IMG/VR virus record: IMGVR_UViG_3300030118_002679
Span: 1 to 58,402 of that record
Strand: one strand, 5' to 3'
Source of the DNA: a virus
Taxonomy: Duplodnaviria; Caudoviricetes
DNA length: 58,402 bases
A program made the position numbers and the translations under genes. Positions 56,647 to 58,402 of this stretch are shown piece after piece. Position 1 is the first letter of the stretch. The number at the start of each line of letters is the position of its first letter. The notes beneath the pieces were generated by a model. It saw only the letters and a list, made by a program, of their open reading frames with translations. It was not told the DNA's origin and ran no database searches.

Positions 56647-58402
56647 TAGAAGAAGAAAACACAGAACAAGAAAACGAAGAGATCGTTGACGAAGTAGATA
56701 CACGAGCTGGTGAAGTAGATGTACAAATAACAGAACCTACTGAAGTAGAAGAGTTAGTAGAAGATATTATAGAAACACAAAAAGATTTTTTATCTAATCT
56801 GGCTGAAGATATGGATGAAAGAATTTTGTCTCGTATTAGTGGTGACTTACTAGAAGATTATAAAAGAGATAAAGAATCAAGAGGTGATTGGGAAAAGTCA
56901 TATACTTCTGGTTTAGATTTATTAGGTTTTAAATATGATAATGAAAGCAGACCTTTTCAAGGAGCAAGTTCTGTGACACATCCTTTACTAGCAGAATCTG
57001 TAACACAGTTTCAAGCTCAAGCTTATAAAGAATTATTACCTAGTGATGGACCAGTTCGTACTTTAGTTATTGGAGATGCGACTAGAGAAAAAGAAGAACA
57101 AGCACAAAGAGTAAAAGAGTTTATGAATTATATGTTGATGGAACAAATGGAAGAGTATACTCCAGAGTTTGATCAATTATTATTTTATTTACCATTAGCA
57201 GGATCTGCTTTTAAAAAAATATATTACGATGAAACTATGCAAAGAGCTATATCAAAGTTTGTTCCAGCAGAAGATTTAATCGTTCCTTATTATGCAACTG
57301 ATTTGAAAGATTGTGAACGTATCACGCATCTTGTTAAAATGAATGAAAACGACATTTTAAAAAAACAAAGAAGTGGTTTTTATAGAGATGTAGAAATCTT
57401 ACCTTCACGCACCGATGATGATGAAGTGCAAGACAAATATGATTCTATTGAAGGGGTAACTCCTTCTGGAGAAAAAGATTATCAGTTTAATGTTTTAGAA
57501 ATGCACGTAGATTTAGATCTTGAAGAGTATCAAATAGAAAATGCAGACAAAAATGTTAAAGTTCCTTACATCGTAACGATTGATGAAGGCTCACAAGAAG
57601 TGTTATCTATCTATCGTAACTATGATATGAACGATCCGTTGTTCCAAAGAAAAGAATATTTTGTACATTACAAATTTTTGCCAGGTTTGGGATTTTATGG
57701 GTTTGGATTGATACACATGATAGGTGGTTTATCTAAAACTGCTACTGCTGCACTAAGACAATTATTAGATGCTGGCACTTTATCAAACTTACCAGCTGGT
57801 TTTAAGTCACGAGGTATGCGAATTAGGGATGACGATCAGCCTTTTCAACCTGGCGAGTTTAGAGATGTAGATGCACCTGGCGGTAATATCAAGGATCAGT
57901 TTCAAATTTTACCATTTAAAGAGCCAAGTCAAACATTATTTTCACTTTTAGGCTTTGTTGTACAAGCTGGACAGAGATTTGCAGCCATAACAGACAACGC
58001 AATTGGCAATGATGCACAAAATAGAGCTGTTGGAACGACTATTGCACTCTTAGAACGAGGCTCACGAGTCATGTCAGCCATACATAAGCGTTGTTATTAT
58101 GCTATGAGGCAAGAATTTAGGTTATTATCGGATGTTTTTGGCACATATTTACCACCAATTTATCCTTATGCTGTGTATGGTGGTAATAGACTCATAAAAT
58201 TAGCAGATTTTTCACCAGAAGTAGATGTAATTCCTGTTGCAGACCCCAATATTTTCTCAATGGCACAAAGAGTGACGTTAGCACAGACACAATTACAGAT
58301 TGCACAGTCAAATCCACAATTACATAACATTCGTGAAGCATATCGTAGAGTTTATGAAGCGTTAGGCACGAAACAAATAGATACATTGCTGAAACCAGAG
58401 AG
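56643..58402 (+). CDS. Portal protein, N-terminal part (about 783 aa when joined to 134-725; missing from ORF track)
   Basis: Frame appears open from ATG 56643 to the window end: RPFQGASSVTHPLLAESVTQFQAQAYKELLP, LPLAGSAFKK, GFYGFGLIH, LRQLLDAGTLSNLP; follows terL. Confidence 0.9.
   Translation, partial: MIEEENTEQENEEIVDEVDTRAGEVDVQITEPTEVEELVEDIIETQKDFLSNLAEDMDERILSRISGDLLEDYKRDKESRGDWEKSYTSGLDLLGFKYDNESRPFQGASSVTHPLLAESVTQFQAQAYKELLPSDGPVRTLVIGDATREKEEQAQRVKEFMNYMLMEQMEEYTPEFDQLLFYLPLAGSAFKKIYYDETMQRAISKFVPAEDLIVPYYATDLKDCERITHLVKMNENDILKKQRSGFYRDVEILPSRTDDDEVQDKYDSIEGVTPSGEKDYQFNVLEMHVDLDLEEYQIENADKNVKVPYIVTIDEGSQEVLSIYRNYDMNDPLFQRKEYFVHYKFLPGLGFYGFGLIHMIGGLSKTATAALRQLLDAGTLSNLPAGFKSRGMRIRDDDQPFQPGEFRDVDAPGGNIKDQFQILPFKEPSQTLFSLLGFVVQAGQRFAAITDNAIGNDAQNRAVGTTIALLERGSRVMSAIHKRCYYAMRQEFRLLSDVFGTYLPPIYPYAVYGGNRLIKLADFSPEVDVIPVADPNIFSMAQRVTLAQTQLQIAQSNPQLHNIREAYRRVYEALGTKQIDTLLKPE
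58270..58402. repeat. Terminal direct repeat, right copy
   Basis: 132/133 identical to 1-133. Confidence 0.97.

Overview
This window is essentially a complete, AT-rich, circularly permuted tailed-phage genome. Bases 1-133 repeat at 58270-58402 with one synonymous mismatch, giving a circle of about 58,269 bp whose join falls inside the portal gene. Gene order is terL, portal, GroES, scaffold, capsid, tail/nozzle, a modification-enzyme island, large ejection/polyvalent proteins, a short leftward early block, the replication module (SSB, primase, UvrD-type helicase, family A polymerase with Leu at position 762), terS and a resolvase. This resembles marine pelagiphage-like podoviruses of the HTVC023P/vSAG 37-F6 type; that is recall-based inference, not a search result. 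No integrase, tRNA or CRISPR array was seen. The most notable unannotated signals are: (1) a near-consensus XerC/XerD dif site at 53297-53324; (2) a dispersed set of promoters sharing a palindromic operator (CACATCTAGATGTG) and a common leader (AACAAAGGA); (3) two promoter/terminator-bounded candidate small RNAs complementary to those leaders and start regions; (4) an iteron array inside 30-bp inverted repeats; (5) an x-x-G-G-type peptide tag shared by at least 11 basic or ejection proteins; (6) paralogous injected proteins carrying ADP-ribosyltransferase-like cargo; and (7) a minimal malonyl-CoA-decarboxylase-like enzyme. Together (1)-(3) suggest an integrase-free, Xer-dependent latent state with both repressor and sRNA control. 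All functional calls come from motif recognition by eye.
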